A program made the translations under genes and the position numbers. A DNA stretch of 64,000 nucleotides. It comes from an uncultured virus (IMG/VR IMGVR_UViG_3300028797_000012) (lineage: Duplodnaviria; Heunggongvirae; Uroviricota; Caudoviricetes). Under the pieces are notes generated by a model. The model did not search any database and was not told where the DNA came from. It saw only the letters and a program-made list of their open reading frames with translations. Every line of letters begins with the position of its first letter. Position 1 is the first letter of the stretch. The stretch lies in IMG/VR virus record IMGVR_UViG_3300028797_000012; one strand, given 5' to 3'. Shown here one piece after another: positions 49,981 to 60,833 of the stretch.

Positions 49981-52900
49981 ATGACAGACGCTTTGAACAA
50001 GCAATTGGACGGCGCCGGCCTCAAGCACGCCTTCGAGCTCGTCAAGGAGGGCGCGCGCCTCACGAAGGCGTCCTCCGGCGAGCGCTCGATCGTGACGACC
50101 AACGCCGCCGACCTGCCCCTCATAGACCTCACGGCCTACGGCGAGTCCGTCCAGGACGGCACGCCGACGCCGAGCTCGCCTGTGTACATCCAGGCGGTGC
50201 GGCCGCTGAATTACACGTATTTCCCGCCCGCGCTGCAAGCAGTGGTCGTTGACGAGGTCCTTGCGTTGTCCGACACGCAGAAGAGCGGGACGACGACCAG
50301 TGGAGGCGCTTCTGTTACTATCACGTATTCTTCGTTCGTTCCGAAGGCGACTGCCGACCTCATGCTGACGCAGGATTGGGTCGATTCGCACGAGCTTTGG
50401 ATTCAGTACGACGTCAAGACGAGCGTCGCTGGCTGCGTTCCAACGGGGAATCTTCGCGGCGTGTACAGCGGAGGCTCTGCGGAGGTCGTTCCGTTCGGAA
50501 ATAATCGCCGAGACGTAAATGGTAACGTGTTGCATAAAATCGAAATCGCTTCCGATGCCGTTTTAGAGCAGGGCGATGAGGGAAGTACGTTGTTTAACAG
50601 CGGTGCGTTCCGGACGACGGACACCGAATGGCATACGGTGCTTGTCCGATTGCACCCGCAATACCTTAGCTCGCAGCCTTGGACCGATGGGGCTACTACC
50701 AATAGCGGGTTCAGCTTCACGCTTGTTCCGTCGGCAGTAAGCGCTGCGACATACACCGTGAAGAACGTGCGGTTGTTCACGGGTCGCGTCAAGCTTATCG
50801 ACCTCAAGGGCCACGAGCTCCACGCCCTCGACTCCACTTACCGCGACGTCCTCACCGTCGACCCGGATGGGTACATGTCGTTGGAGAAGAGGACGGGCAC
50901 GCTCGGTGTGGACGATTTCGTGTCGTCTGCGAACGCTGGAGATAATGTCACGTATGCTAAAACTAACAAGACCACTGTGCACGTTGAAAACACCGAAGCG
51001 CCTTTGATCAAGTCGAACATGCAAGTGGCAAAGAAGTATTCGGGCACGGCTTGGACTATTGGCTATGCGTTCAAGAATGCGAACGCGTCGGACATCATGC
51101 TGTTCTGCTTCGCAACATCCACCTTGGAGCAGATAAAGGCGGACTACTCGAATTTCAAGGCGGTTTACGCCCTTCCGGAAGACCAATGGCACACCATCCC
51201 CCTCGGCCGTATCGACCTCCCGCAGGTTTCCGACAACTCCACGGTTTACGTGGCCTCCGAGGTCCAGCCCGTCGTCGACGGCGAGTGGTGGACCAAGGCC
51301 GGATATTCGGCCGGGCGCTCCGTCGAGCTCGCGAAGTCCTCGACCGGCCTCCTCGAAGCCCCCTACACCGAGGTCGAGTGGGTGGAGTCGAACGGCTTGC
51401 AATTGGTGCAGCTCGATTGGAAGCCTGACAGTACATGGGGTTTCGAGGCGGACTTCATCATCTACAACGCGTTCTCGTCTTCTGCTGGCGCTATCAGCAC
51501 GGCAAACTTGAATGGATATGGCTATCTATTCAACACACGTGACGGCAGCAGGGCGAACGACTACGGCTTGTGCTCGTACCCGGCAAATTCGACAGGCATC
51601 ATAAGATCCGGGACCCAAGAATGGTCCGCTGGTCTTAAAACAGACAAGACCCGGCAGCAGGTTAGCTTGAGAGGAACCACGTACAAGAACGCCAGTGGCA
51701 CGACCTCAACGGTTACGAAGAACGGCTCAGCTTCTAAGTGGCCGATGAATGTATTCGGTCTCATGAACGATACGAACAGCAATTTCCAGAATAGCACGGG
51801 TACCGCTCGTGTATATTCGTTGAAATTCTACTCTGGCGACGACTTGGCGGTAGACCTTGTCGGTGCATACAGGAAGCTGGACGGATGCACTGGCCTTTAC
51901 GATAGGGTGTCCAATCATTTCTATCCGGCAGCCGGCATGCTTAAAGGTGACGATGTAGCGGACATAGGCCCTGTCAGGTCAATATCAGAGGTTCTGCTAT
52001 CGGCCAACCCGACGGTGACAACCACTAACACGGCTGCAACAAGGCTCTGGACTGCGAACTTGTCCACTGTTTTGAAGTTAGAGGACGGCCAGCAGATAAC
52101 GCTGCGCAACCGTTTCTCAACTGCGACCGAAACGAAGGCGACCGAGCTTGCTAACCGGTCCGACTCGGGGTCCTATGCGAACGTCTACCTCAACGTGACG
52201 CTCGCCGACGGGACGGAGTCCGGGTGGGTTCCGTGTTATTATTCGAATACGGGCAGACTCACGTCTCATTACGGTGCCGGGAGCGAGATACGCCTGGTAT
52301 ACCGCGAGAACGCGTTTGTCGGACAGCTTCCTATTCCACGTGGATGGTTTGCGGACGCAAACTACGACTCCAACACCATCAACAACACCGTCGGCTACCA
52401 ATGCCTAAAGACGGGTGCAATCGGCATATGGGCAACCTCGCTGTTCATGGAGGACGGAAACGGCACCTACCAGAACATCTGCACGGCATCTGATGGAACG
52501 GTCACGTCATCGAACCGTACGACGGCCACGACGAAGAAGGCCAACCCCAACGGCTTTCGAGTTGGAAGCACCGTATCCTATACCACTACGAATTACGCTG
52601 CCAACACGCACATTAGCGGAAGCAACGTCATCTATACCAACTGTACGCTGTTCGACTCCCGCTACTCGCTCAACACGACGTTGACGGCCAACTCGCTCAC
52701 CCCGCAGGCTCCGGTCTACCTCGTGGGCGAGATAGGGAGCGACGGGCTGTACTACCTCGACACGGTGTGGTGGACCCAGACGCCGACGACCCAGGGCAAG
52801 GTCTACGTCCTGATCGGCGGCTGCTACGACTCCACCACGTCGAACTGCCGCATCAACCTGTTCGAGCACAACCCGTGGTACGTCTACGATGGCACGAGGC

Positions 52901-55900
52901 TCGTCGAGTACGACCATAAGCGCATCCGGGACCTTGAAGTAAAGGCACCGAACGTCTCCGAAGCAACAGGTACGTTGCCGATATCCCGCGGCGGCACTGG
53001 TCAAACAACAGCCCAGGCAGCTGCGAATTCGCTTCTCGGAGCTCTCGACAACTCGGCTGCTCAAGCAACAGATTACACCGACAACACGAGCATCATCACG
53101 ACCAACACGAGCGGCACGACGGGAACATACTACCATCGCAAAGCGAGCCTGTTGTGGAACTACATCAAGGGGAAGATAAGCAGTGTCCTCGGGCTTACCT
53201 CGACGGCTGATAGCGGCGTGTACCAGAAGCAGGCTGTAATCACCGTCAAGACGGGCTCCACAGCCCAGTCGCACATCTCGCTCGATACGCTCATGACATG
53301 GCTCATCACGACGAAGAAGTACATTCCGAGTGGAGTGAATTGCTCGGTGATTCTCAAAGTTGACTGGAGCTATGCGAACAACGACATATTGCAGTTGACG
53401 GCCGATGGGACAAACTACGAACTCCAGCTCGCGGGCTGCGTCATCGAGTTCTACGGTACAGCCACCGCGTACAACGCCGGGGTTTTTCGCATGCGTGTTC
53501 ATTCCTCGCCAGCGAGGAGCTTCACGCTTGCGAGCGGATATTCTTACTTCCCGCTGAATACCATTGCGGAGCACACCTGTAACGGCTCGGGATACAACCC
53601 GAATTGGGTCGTGTACTCAGTCAATGCGGTGAATGCAGCTGGCACCGGCCTCTCCAAGTCCGGTTTCACCCTCAACCACTCCAACAGCGTCACGGCCGGC
53701 ACGGCGGGAACCAGCTCCGCCACGAGCGGGACGAACACGCTGGCGGTCCCGTACGTCACCTACGACGCGCAGGGGCATGTCACGGCTTCTGGTACGCATA
53801 CGCATACTATCGGCAATGCTTCCACGTCCGCATACGGTGTGACCAAGCTCAGCTCCGCGACGGATTCCACGTCCGAGGCATTGGCTGCGACGCCGAAGGC
53901 CGTGTCCGACTCGCTAGCGGCGGCCAAGACGTATGCGGATGGCAAGAACAACCAAAACGCCTTCTCGAACGTCAAGGTTGGCTCCACGACTGTCGCGGCT
54001 GATACTACGACAGACACACTGGAGCTTGCTGGCAGCAACGTCACGCTGACCCCTGATGCCACGAACGACAAGGTCACAATCGGCATCACGGCGAGCAATG
54101 TGACGACCGCGCTTGGTAACACGGCGGTTGCGAGGGCGACTGCCGATGCGAGCGGGAACACGATATCGAGCACTTATCTCACGAAGTCCGGCGGTACGAT
54201 GACGGGAACACTCACGCTCGTGGATTCCCGCTACTCAGACGACAACGCAACGTGCGCGCTTGACGTGCAAAACTCGAACATCATCGGTGTGAACAGCATC
54301 TACACAGCCGATGCTAGCGATAATGCGAAAGAAGGTATCCACTTCTACCGTGACTCGACTCATTTCGACTCAATTCACGCGAGCAACGGAGAGCTTTACT
54401 TCACGCCGAATCGCGCCCTTGGCGATGCCGGGTCTTCCAAGAAAGTTCTTCGCGAAGATACGCTTGTTATCGGTGGTAAGAATCTCTTACCGATCTCAAC
54501 GTGGAAAACCGCAAGCACGTGGGGATATTCAAACGTTACGCCTACTTCTTTCACGGATAGCACAGCGCCAACTATTGAATGTGTGCGATTTGCAGTGACA
54601 AACGTCTCTAATAATGTCCACGCATACCTTGATAATTTGCCAAACAAAGTAGCAATGGTTAACGGAGAAGTATATGTAGCCTCCGCTTGGATAAGAGCTG
54701 GACAATCGTTTTCTGTTGATCCGGCCATGAACGTCGAATGCAAATCGGGTTCATTGACTGTTCTCGAAAATCCGACAATTTCAACGAATTGGCAGAGGTA
54801 CAGCGTTCGCTTCACGTACAGCAGCTCAGCATCTTATAAAGCTTGGTATATTCTCTATCCGAAACAATGGACGGATGCGTCGAATGGAAATTACGTCGAG
54901 GTGTCTGGCCTCAAGGTCGAGAAGGCAACCTTTGCCACTGACCCCAATGAAACAGCAAACAGAGCTCTTTCGGTTATCGACGCCAACAACAAAACAAACG
55001 CGATAACCATCGAGTACAGCAGCTCCGGCATATCGTCAGCCCAATGGTTCCCAGCGTTCGATGGTTACGCCATAAAGCCGATGAGTGACCTCAATATGAG
55101 GCGCAATTTGCTCAACGCGAGAACATATACGAGCATAGCGGCATCAACAGATCTTAATACTCTTACGACACCCGGATATTACAGATGTATCACCAGTACC
55201 GCGGCAGCTTCTTGTAATAATTGTCCTGTTGACACGTGGTTTGTTATGACCGTGTATTATGCCGATGGTAGCGGTAGTGCATCGTGGGTCGCACAGGAAA
55301 TAATTCGCGGTAGCGATGGTCGACGATTCTATCGTCAGACAGGAGGCGGCACGTGGACCAGCTGGGTGGACCATTCCCAAGCATCTAAACTTGCAACAGC
55401 TCGTACCATCAACGTAAGCAACTACGCCTCGGGCACTGCCACGTCGTTCGACGGCTCGGCCAACATCACGATACCCGTGAACTCGCTGAACACGAGCGCC
55501 CTCGTCGAGCCGAGCATCGTCAAGTCGGGTTCTAAAACCTCGCTTCCTTTGGTCGATACGCTCAAGGGCAACAAGCTCGCATTGCTCCCCGCCGATCAGA
55601 TCATCATCGAGAAGACCACCGATGGCGGCACCACATGGGTCGACTACGGGGCTACGGACGAACAGAAGCGGTTGCTGTTCGTAGGAAATCTTTCTGGCTC
55701 GAACATAACCATTCCGCTCCTCAATGGCGTGAGAAACGTCAACTGCGGAGTGCGCATCACCTTCACCGCCATGAAGTACAACGTTCCGGACGGTACTGCC
55801 GAGACCGGCAAGTACGCGTATTGGAACTCGACGTATGCCAGCGCTACAGAGCGCTATGGCTCCTTGCAGTCGATGTACTTGTGGGTCCTCTCTATCAACG

Positions 55901-57603
55901 ACGGGATCTCGTGCAAGTGCGAGAAAGCGAACGGCAACGCGTCCACGACATGGACCACGGTGTTCAACAAGGATACGACGGAAGCTCTGACCGGTTGGAG
56001 CGGAGGCAACTACATTGCCTTCACCGACCAGATTTTCGGTGGAGGAACGACCCAGACCAGTCAAGCATGGAATTGGCGCCTCACGTTCTTCACCAGGAGC
56101 AGCACCGGAGGCACGACTCTTGCCACTACCAGCACGAACCAAGCCCAGCTAATCATGCGCATTCTCGGGTACGGCGCCAATGCATGGAACACGTCTGGCA
56201 ACAATCTCATGGGAATCGGGCACCTGTACACATGGGACACGAACAAAACCGCATATTTCCCAAGCGGTATATACCCTGCCGCCAACAATGCTCAGAGCCT
56301 CGGTACTTCTTCGCAAAAGTGGGCCAACGTCTATGCCGACAAATTCGTCGGCGGGCTGGTTCCCATAACGAATCGCCCGTCATCTGCGAACACGACGGGC
56401 TACGCAGCCAAGCTCAACTACCTTCTCGCCACATCGTCAATGTCGACGGGAAAACCCGATGGCGATGGCCATATCCTCGACATGGAGTGGGACAACAACG
56501 GCAAATGGCACGCACAGCTCTCGGTGCCGACCGACGGCACAAAGCAGGTTCAATGGCGATCCGAGAACGGCGGCACGTGGACCTCGTGGAACAAGATATT
56601 CGACGACGCCCACACGGTACCGATAGCCAACGGCGGCACCGGTGCGACTACAGCGGCAGACGCCTGGACAGCCCTCGGCGGAGGAGCCATCGGCAAGAAG
56701 GCATCTCTCGCAGCCTCGGATATTCCGAACCTGTCCACGGACAAGCTCACGAGCGGCACCCTTGGGGTGGCAAGGGGCGGCACCGGCAAGACCTCGGGCG
56801 TCGACGCCGCGAACTACTTCCTCAACGCCCTTACCACCGGCTCCTCCGACCCGGTCGACAACGACTACTACATCTCGCAGTACGTCAACGGCGGCACGAC
56901 CACCACGACGTACCATCGCCGCCCGGTGAGCAAGCTGTGGAACTACATGAAGTCCAAGATTAGCTCCTGGATGAAGAACAACACGTCCAAGGGCACGCTC
57001 GGCTGGACATCGTCGACCAACGACACGATGCCCATCACGAGCAACACGCTGGCCTACTGGGACGGCTCTTACACAGGTAACTCGTCCAACCTCACGTACT
57101 GCGTGAAAGGTGCATTCGGCACGATGGCGACGAAGAACTCCCTCGCCGCATCCGACATCCCAGACCATTCGTCCACGGCGACCTCCTGGGGCACAGGCAC
57201 CGACTCCAAGTACGGCCACGTCAAGCTGTCGGACTCCACGAGCTCGGACTCGGATACCACGTCCGGGACCGCCGCGACGCCCAAGGCGGTCAAGGCCGCC
57301 TACAATCTGGCGAACACGGCGAACGGCACGGCGAACAGCGCTCTCAGCGCGGCTCAGGGCGGCATCGTGTTCGACACGACCTACAGCATCGCCAGCAACG
57401 GCACGGTCACCTTCACGGCCCATGTCTACAGCTGCGGCTCGGAGGTCACGTCGAGTTACGCCGACGCCGACTTCTCGTGGTACTACCGCCTGGGGACGGG
57501 CACCAGCACGGTGGACCTCGGCACGGGCAAGACCAAGGCCATCCAACTAACGACGCTCGGGTACGGCGGCTCCGTCGGCTGCACGTTCACGGACAACAAC
57601 TAA
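49981..57603 (+). CDS. Giant tail fibre/receptor-binding protein (2540 aa)
   Basis: Fibre repeats G.VKLS...AATPKAV x2, GGTG x3, knob-like DLNTLTTPGYY. Confidence 0.88.
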   Translation: MTDALNKQLDGAGLKHAFELVKEGARLTKASSGERSIVTTNAADLPLIDLTAYGESVQDGTPTPSSPVYIQAVRPLNYTYFPPALQAVVVDEVLALSDTQKSGTTTSGGASVTITYSSFVPKATADLMLTQDWVDSHELWIQYDVKTSVAGCVPTGNLRGVYSGGSAEVVPFGNNRRDVNGNVLHKIEIASDAVLEQGDEGSTLFNSGAFRTTDTEWHTVLVRLHPQYLSSQPWTDGATTNSGFSFTLVPSAVSAATYTVKNVRLFTGRVKLIDLKGHELHALDSTYRDVLTVDPDGYMSLEKRTGTLGVDDFVSSANAGDNVTYAKTNKTTVHVENTEAPLIKSNMQVAKKYSGTAWTIGYAFKNANASDIMLFCFATSTLEQIKADYSNFKAVYALPEDQWHTIPLGRIDLPQVSDNSTVYVASEVQPVVDGEWWTKAGYSAGRSVELAKSSTGLLEAPYTEVEWVESNGLQLVQLDWKPDSTWGFEADFIIYNAFSSSAGAISTANLNGYGYLFNTRDGSRANDYGLCSYPANSTGIIRSGTQEWSAGLKTDKTRQQVSLRGTTYKNASGTTSTVTKNGSASKWPMNVFGLMNDTNSNFQNSTGTARVYSLKFYSGDDLAVDLVGAYRKLDGCTGLYDRVSNHFYPAAGMLKGDDVADIGPVRSISEVLLSANPTVTTTNTAATRLWTANLSTVLKLEDGQQITLRNRFSTATETKATELANRSDSGSYANVYLNVTLADGTESGWVPCYYSNTGRLTSHYGAGSEIRLVYRENAFVGQLPIPRGWFADANYDSNTINNTVGYQCLKTGAIGIWATSLFMEDGNGTYQNICTASDGTVTSSNRTTATTKKANPNGFRVGSTVSYTTTNYAANTHISGSNVIYTNCTLFDSRYSLNTTLTANSLTPQAPVYLVGEIGSDGLYYLDTVWWTQTPTTQGKVYVLIGGCYDSTTSNCRINLFEHNPWYVYDGTRLVEYDHKRIRDLEVKAPNVSEATGTLPISRGGTGQTTAQAAANSLLGALDNSAAQATDYTDNTSIITTNTSGTTGTYYHRKASLLWNYIKGKISSVLGLTSTADSGVYQKQAVITVKTGSTAQSHISLDTLMTWLITTKKYIPSGVNCSVILKVDWSYANNDILQLTADGTNYELQLAGCVIEFYGTATAYNAGVFRMRVHSSPARSFTLASGYSYFPLNTIAEHTCNGSGYNPNWVVYSVNAVNAAGTGLSKSGFTLNHSNSVTAGTAGTSSATSGTNTLAVPYVTYDAQGHVTASGTHTHTIGNASTSAYGVTKLSSATDSTSEALAATPKAVSDSLAAAKTYADGKNNQNAFSNVKVGSTTVAADTTTDTLELAGSNVTLTPDATNDKVTIGITASNVTTALGNTAVARATADASGNTISSTYLTKSGGTMTGTLTLVDSRYSDDNATCALDVQNSNIIGVNSIYTADASDNAKEGIHFYRDSTHFDSIHASNGELYFTPNRALGDAGSSKKVLREDTLVIGGKNLLPISTWKTASTWGYSNVTPTSFTDSTAPTIECVRFAVTNVSNNVHAYLDNLPNKVAMVNGEVYVASAWIRAGQSFSVDPAMNVECKSGSLTVLENPTISTNWQRYSVRFTYSSSASYKAWYILYPKQWTDASNGNYVEVSGLKVEKATFATDPNETANRALSVIDANNKTNAITIEYSSSGISSAQWFPAFDGYAIKPMSDLNMRRNLLNARTYTSIAASTDLNTLTTPGYYRCITSTAAASCNNCPVDTWFVMTVYYADGSGSASWVAQEIIRGSDGRRFYRQTGGGTWTSWVDHSQASKLATARTINVSNYASGTATSFDGSANITIPVNSLNTSALVEPSIVKSGSKTSLPLVDTLKGNKLALLPADQIIIEKTTDGGTTWVDYGATDEQKRLLFVGNLSGSNITIPLLNGVRNVNCGVRITFTAMKYNVPDGTAETGKYAYWNSTYASATERYGSLQSMYLWVLSINDGISCKCEKANGNASTTWTTVFNKDTTEALTGWSGGNYIAFTDQIFGGGTTQTSQAWNWRLTFFTRSSTGGTTLATTSTNQAQLIMRILGYGANAWNTSGNNLMGIGHLYTWDTNKTAYFPSGIYPAANNAQSLGTSSQKWANVYADKFVGGLVPITNRPSSANTTGYAAKLNYLLATSSMSTGKPDGDGHILDMEWDNNGKWHAQLSVPTDGTKQVQWRSENGGTWTSWNKIFDDAHTVPIANGGTGATTAADAWTALGGGAIGKKASLAASDIPNLSTDKLTSGTLGVARGGTGKTSGVDAANYFLNALTTGSSDPVDNDYYISQYVNGGTTTTTYHRRPVSKLWNYMKSKISSWMKNNTSKGTLGWTSSTNDTMPITSNTLAYWDGSYTGNSSNLTYCVKGAFGTMATKNSLAASDIPDHSSTATSWGTGTDSKYGHVKLSDSTSSDSDTTSGTAATPKAVKAAYNLANTANGTANSALSAAQGGIVFDTTYSIASNGTVTFTAHVYSCGSEVTSSYADADFSWYYRLGTGTSTVDLGTGKTKAIQLTTLGYGGSVGCTFTDNN

Positions 57604-57612
57604 GGAGCGCAT

Positions 57613-58986
57613 ATGACGACATACACCAAGGAGACCGCCCTCTACAACACGAACGCCATTGCGAACGACATCGACGATGCCGAGAACGCCTACAAGACCG
57701 TCATCACCGAGGTGGGTACGAGTGGCATCCAGCTCCACCCGAGCGGGCAAGACGGCAGTCCAGAGCATCCGATCGAGGACTACACGCTGATCGACAACAA
57801 CGGCATGGAGGTGTTCGACGGCGGCACGAGCGTTGCCGCCTTTGGAGGAAATGGCATACGCGTGGGGCAAAACGATTCGTCTAGCAACCGTATAATCATA
57901 GACGACGACAGTTTCGACGTCTATCATGGAATCATGCAGATTGCCCATTTCGGTTACGGTGAGGGAAACAACGGCAACAACGGCGTTTCCTCTGCTCCGT
58001 ATTATTCAATGGGGAATCGGCTGTATCCAACTAATACGTTCAGCACTAGCAGTACGTACGGCGAACATGTTGTCACGTTGTACAACGGCGAGCCCTATAT
58101 TTCAAAGAGGGCAATAACGTCGCCCGGTGCTTGGAATCCTAGTGACTGGGATAAGTTATATGGAAACTATTCGTTTGCTGAAGGTTCTGGCAATGTGGCA
58201 TCGGGTAGCAATTCACATGCCGAAGGTTCGCTTACGAAGGCTCTTTACCTTGCAGCACATGCGGAGGGCGCTTATTGCACGGCTGATGATTACGGTGCCC
58301 ACGCGGAAGGAGTATATAGCAAGGCCCTAGGACATAGCTCTCATGCCGAGGGAAACTACGCGCTTGCAAGAGGAAGTGCTTCTCATGCTGGTGGATATTT
58401 GACGACTGCGGCATATGACTACCAAACTGTTATAGGTTGTTGCAACGACAACAAGAGCACGAACTTGTTCGAGATAGGCAACGGTGACGAAGGAGATGAC
58501 GTTTACTCCAACGCGCTCGAACTCGACTGGAGCGGCAACCTGGAGATAGCAGGCGGGCTTACGGCAGGTAACGACTGCGCCATCGACGGCGACCTGGATA
58601 TCTCAGGGGCGTTCAACGGCTTCGACATGACTGCGGTCTCCAAGACAACTTACAGCGGGTCGAGCGGGGCCACGGCGATCAGCCAGGTGTTCGAAACCGT
58701 CAACACAGGTTTCAGCATATCCACCGTGTACGTTGCCAAATGGGGGCCGATGTGCACCATCCAGATAGAGTTCGCACGCACGAGCGGCGCCATAAACTCA
58801 ACTAACACGTTCGAGATTGGGAAACTCGCGACCGGTTTCAGGCCTGCCTACTTCGTCGGTGGCGGGAACAACTCGTTCGCCGCCTGCATCAGCAGCGCCG
58901 GGACGTTTGCGGCCAGGAATGTGTCGCCGAGCAACGTCGCCGCCAACACCACAGTGCGAGTCGGCTTCACATACATCCTCGGCTAA
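57613..58986 (+). CDS. Tail fibre/adhesin with YadA-head-like repeats
   Basis: Tandem ~14-aa (S/A)HAEG repeats; LFEIGNG. Confidence 0.8.
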   Translation: MTTYTKETALYNTNAIANDIDDAENAYKTVITEVGTSGIQLHPSGQDGSPEHPIEDYTLIDNNGMEVFDGGTSVAAFGGNGIRVGQNDSSSNRIIIDDDSFDVYHGIMQIAHFGYGEGNNGNNGVSSAPYYSMGNRLYPTNTFSTSSTYGEHVVTLYNGEPYISKRAITSPGAWNPSDWDKLYGNYSFAEGSGNVASGSNSHAEGSLTKALYLAAHAEGAYCTADDYGAHAEGVYSKALGHSSHAEGNYALARGSASHAGGYLTTAAYDYQTVIGCCNDNKSTNLFEIGNGDEGDDVYSNALELDWSGNLEIAGGLTAGNDCAIDGDLDISGAFNGFDMTAVSKTTYSGSSGATAISQVFETVNTGFSISTVYVAKWGPMCTIQIEFARTSGAINSTNTFEIGKLATGFRPAYFVGGGNNSFAACISSAGTFAARNVSPSNVAANTTVRVGFTYILG

Positions 58987-59000
58987 CAAGGAGGTAACAC

Positions 59001-60044
59001 ATGATAATCAGGGACGTCCTCATCGACGGCTCCGTGTACGGGGCCCACGAGGTGGTTTCCATCAAGCACGTGGTCGGCAGGCGCACGTCCATCACCGTCC
59101 GGTCCAGCAAGTCGAACCCGCGTTACGGCCCGTCTGCCTACGTGGAGAAGACCCACGACGTGGACCTCGACGACACGCTGACGTTCTCGGGCGCCGAGGA
59201 GCTCGTGTCGGCCATGGACGGATATTCCGAGTACGTCGACCCGGAGACCGCGCTCCTGACGGAGCTGGCCCCGACGCTCACGGACGAGCAGGCCGCCACG
59301 GTCCTGTCCATCTACCCCGAATGGTCGGCCGATGGCTCCTACTCGGCGGACGACCGCGTCAGGTATTCGGACGGCTTCTACAGGTGCCTCCAGGCGCATG
59401 ACGCGCAGGAGAGTTGGAACCCGGCTGCGTCGGCCAGCCTCTGGTCCGCCATCATCGACGCGACCGTGCTGCCCATCGGCGAGTACCCGCTGTGGCAGCA
59501 GCCGTCCTCCACGAACCCCTACATGGAGGGTGACAAGGTCACGTTCAACGGCAGCGTCTGGACCTCCGTGATCGACAACAACGTCTGGGCTCCCGGCGTG
59601 TTCGGCTGGGAGATGGACGCGCAGGCCATGCAGCTGGCGGACCTGGTCGAACCCTGGGCGCAGCCGGATTCCACGAACCCGTATCCCGCGGGGGCCCTCG
59701 TGAGCCACAGCGGCGGCATCTGGAGCTCCGACGTGGACGGCAACGTGTGGGAGCCAGGCGTGTACGGCTGGACCTGGGTCTCCGACATGGAGATGCAGGA
59801 GCCCGTCGTGGTGCCGGACGAGCCGACGGAACCGGAACCGAGCGAGCCGGAGCCTTCCGAGCCGACGGAACCGGAACCCTCCGAGCCGGAGGTGGACGAG
59901 TGGACGCAGCCCGACAGCACCAACCCGTACATGGCCGGTGACAAGGTCGTCCACAACGGCAGCGTTTGGGCGTCGCTCGTCGACAACAACGTTTGGGAAC
60001 CCGGGACGGTAGGAACCGAGGCGCTCTGGCAGGAGGTCGCGTAA
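59001..60044 (+). CDS. Protein with four CBM5/12-like carbohydrate-binding modules
   Basis: W.QP.STNPY..GD.V..NG..W.S..DNNVW.PG x3 plus one divergent copy; EP linker. Confidence 0.8.
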   Translation: MIIRDVLIDGSVYGAHEVVSIKHVVGRRTSITVRSSKSNPRYGPSAYVEKTHDVDLDDTLTFSGAEELVSAMDGYSEYVDPETALLTELAPTLTDEQAATVLSIYPEWSADGSYSADDRVRYSDGFYRCLQAHDAQESWNPAASASLWSAIIDATVLPIGEYPLWQQPSSTNPYMEGDKVTFNGSVWTSVIDNNVWAPGVFGWEMDAQAMQLADLVEPWAQPDSTNPYPAGALVSHSGGIWSSDVDGNVWEPGVYGWTWVSDMEMQEPVVVPDEPTEPEPSEPEPSEPTEPEPSEPEVDEWTQPDSTNPYMAGDKVVHNGSVWASLVDNNVWEPGTVGTEALWQEVA

Positions 60045-60445
60045 TGGACTCACATCTTCAGTACCTCACGTTCGACGAGGTGGGGATCACCATCATAGGC
60101 ATAGCGGTGGCGCTCGCGTTCGTCAGCCTCGTGCTGCACGCGGTCAAGGACATAGACGACTTCATGCAGTCGCGGAAGAAGCCGACGAACGACCGCTTCG
60201 GAGTGACCGAGGAGAAGCTGGAGAACCACGAGCAGCGCATCACGCACCTTGAGGGCTGCTGCTCCGAGGTCCAGGGCAAGCTCCAGAACGACTGGCAGTT
60301 CCAACAGGACGAGACCGAGATGAACCGCCTGATGCTCAAGTCCATCAAGCAGCTGCTCAAGCACTCGATAGACGGGAACGACACGCAGGGTTTGAAGTGC
60401 ATGGAAGACGAGATAGACAGCTACCTCCTGGACCACGCGCAGTAA
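60044..60445 (+). CDS. Membrane-anchored coiled-coil protein in the lysis region
   Basis: One TM helix then HEQRITHLE. Confidence 0.7.
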   Translation: MDSHLQYLTFDEVGITIIGIAVALAFVSLVLHAVKDIDDFMQSRKKPTNDRFGVTEEKLENHEQRITHLEGCCSEVQGKLQNDWQFQQDETEMNRLMLKSIKQLLKHSIDGNDTQGLKCMEDEIDSYLLDHAQ

Positions 60446-60455
60446 GGAGAGAAAA

Positions 60456-60731
60456 ATGATCAACTGGAAAGTACGCCTCAAGAACAAGATGTTCTGGCTC
60501 GGCCTCGTGCCGCTCGTCCTGCTGCTAATCCAGCAGGTTGCGGCGATCTTCGACATCGCCCTCGACTTCGGCATGCTGCAAGAGCAGCTCATCGCCATAA
60601 TCGGTACGGTGTTCGCGCTGCTGGCACTGTGCGGGGTGGTGGTGGACCCGACGACCGAGGGGTTCGGCGATTCCGAGCGTGCTTTGGGATACGAAGAACC
60701 CTACCCGAAACACGCCGCAGGAGCTGAATGA
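60456..60731 (+). CDS. Holin (phiLC3 family)
   Basis: INWKVRLKNK.FW...GVVVDPTTEGFGDS.RAL.Y. Confidence 0.92.
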   Translation: MINWKVRLKNKMFWLGLVPLVLLLIQQVAAIFDIALDFGMLQEQLIAIIGTVFALLALCGVVVDPTTEGFGDSERALGYEEPYPKHAAGAE

Positions 60732-60829
60732 TGTTCGCCGCGATGCAGGCGTCCATGACCGTCCTGGCTATCGCCGTGGCGGTCATGACCGTCACCATCA
60801 TGGTCGACATCTGGATGAAATGGAGGTAG
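60728..60829 (+). CDS. 33-aa single-TM peptide between holin and lysin
   Basis: MMFAAMQASMTVLAIAVAVMTVTIMVDIWMKWR; ATGA overlap with holin. Confidence 0.5.
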   Translation: MMFAAMQASMTVLAIAVAVMTVTIMVDIWMKWR

Positions 60830-60833
60830 TAAC

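Noticed and set aside
46978..50535. 1185-aa minus-strand ORF and similar antisense ORFs (e.g. 39075-40955, 33242-34549)
   Set aside because: Shadow frames of high-GC structural genes
49981..58986. Diversity-generating retroelement or invertible tail-fibre system
   Set aside because: No reverse transcriptase or invertase in the window and no adenine-specific TR/VR pair seen; the repeats are protein-level
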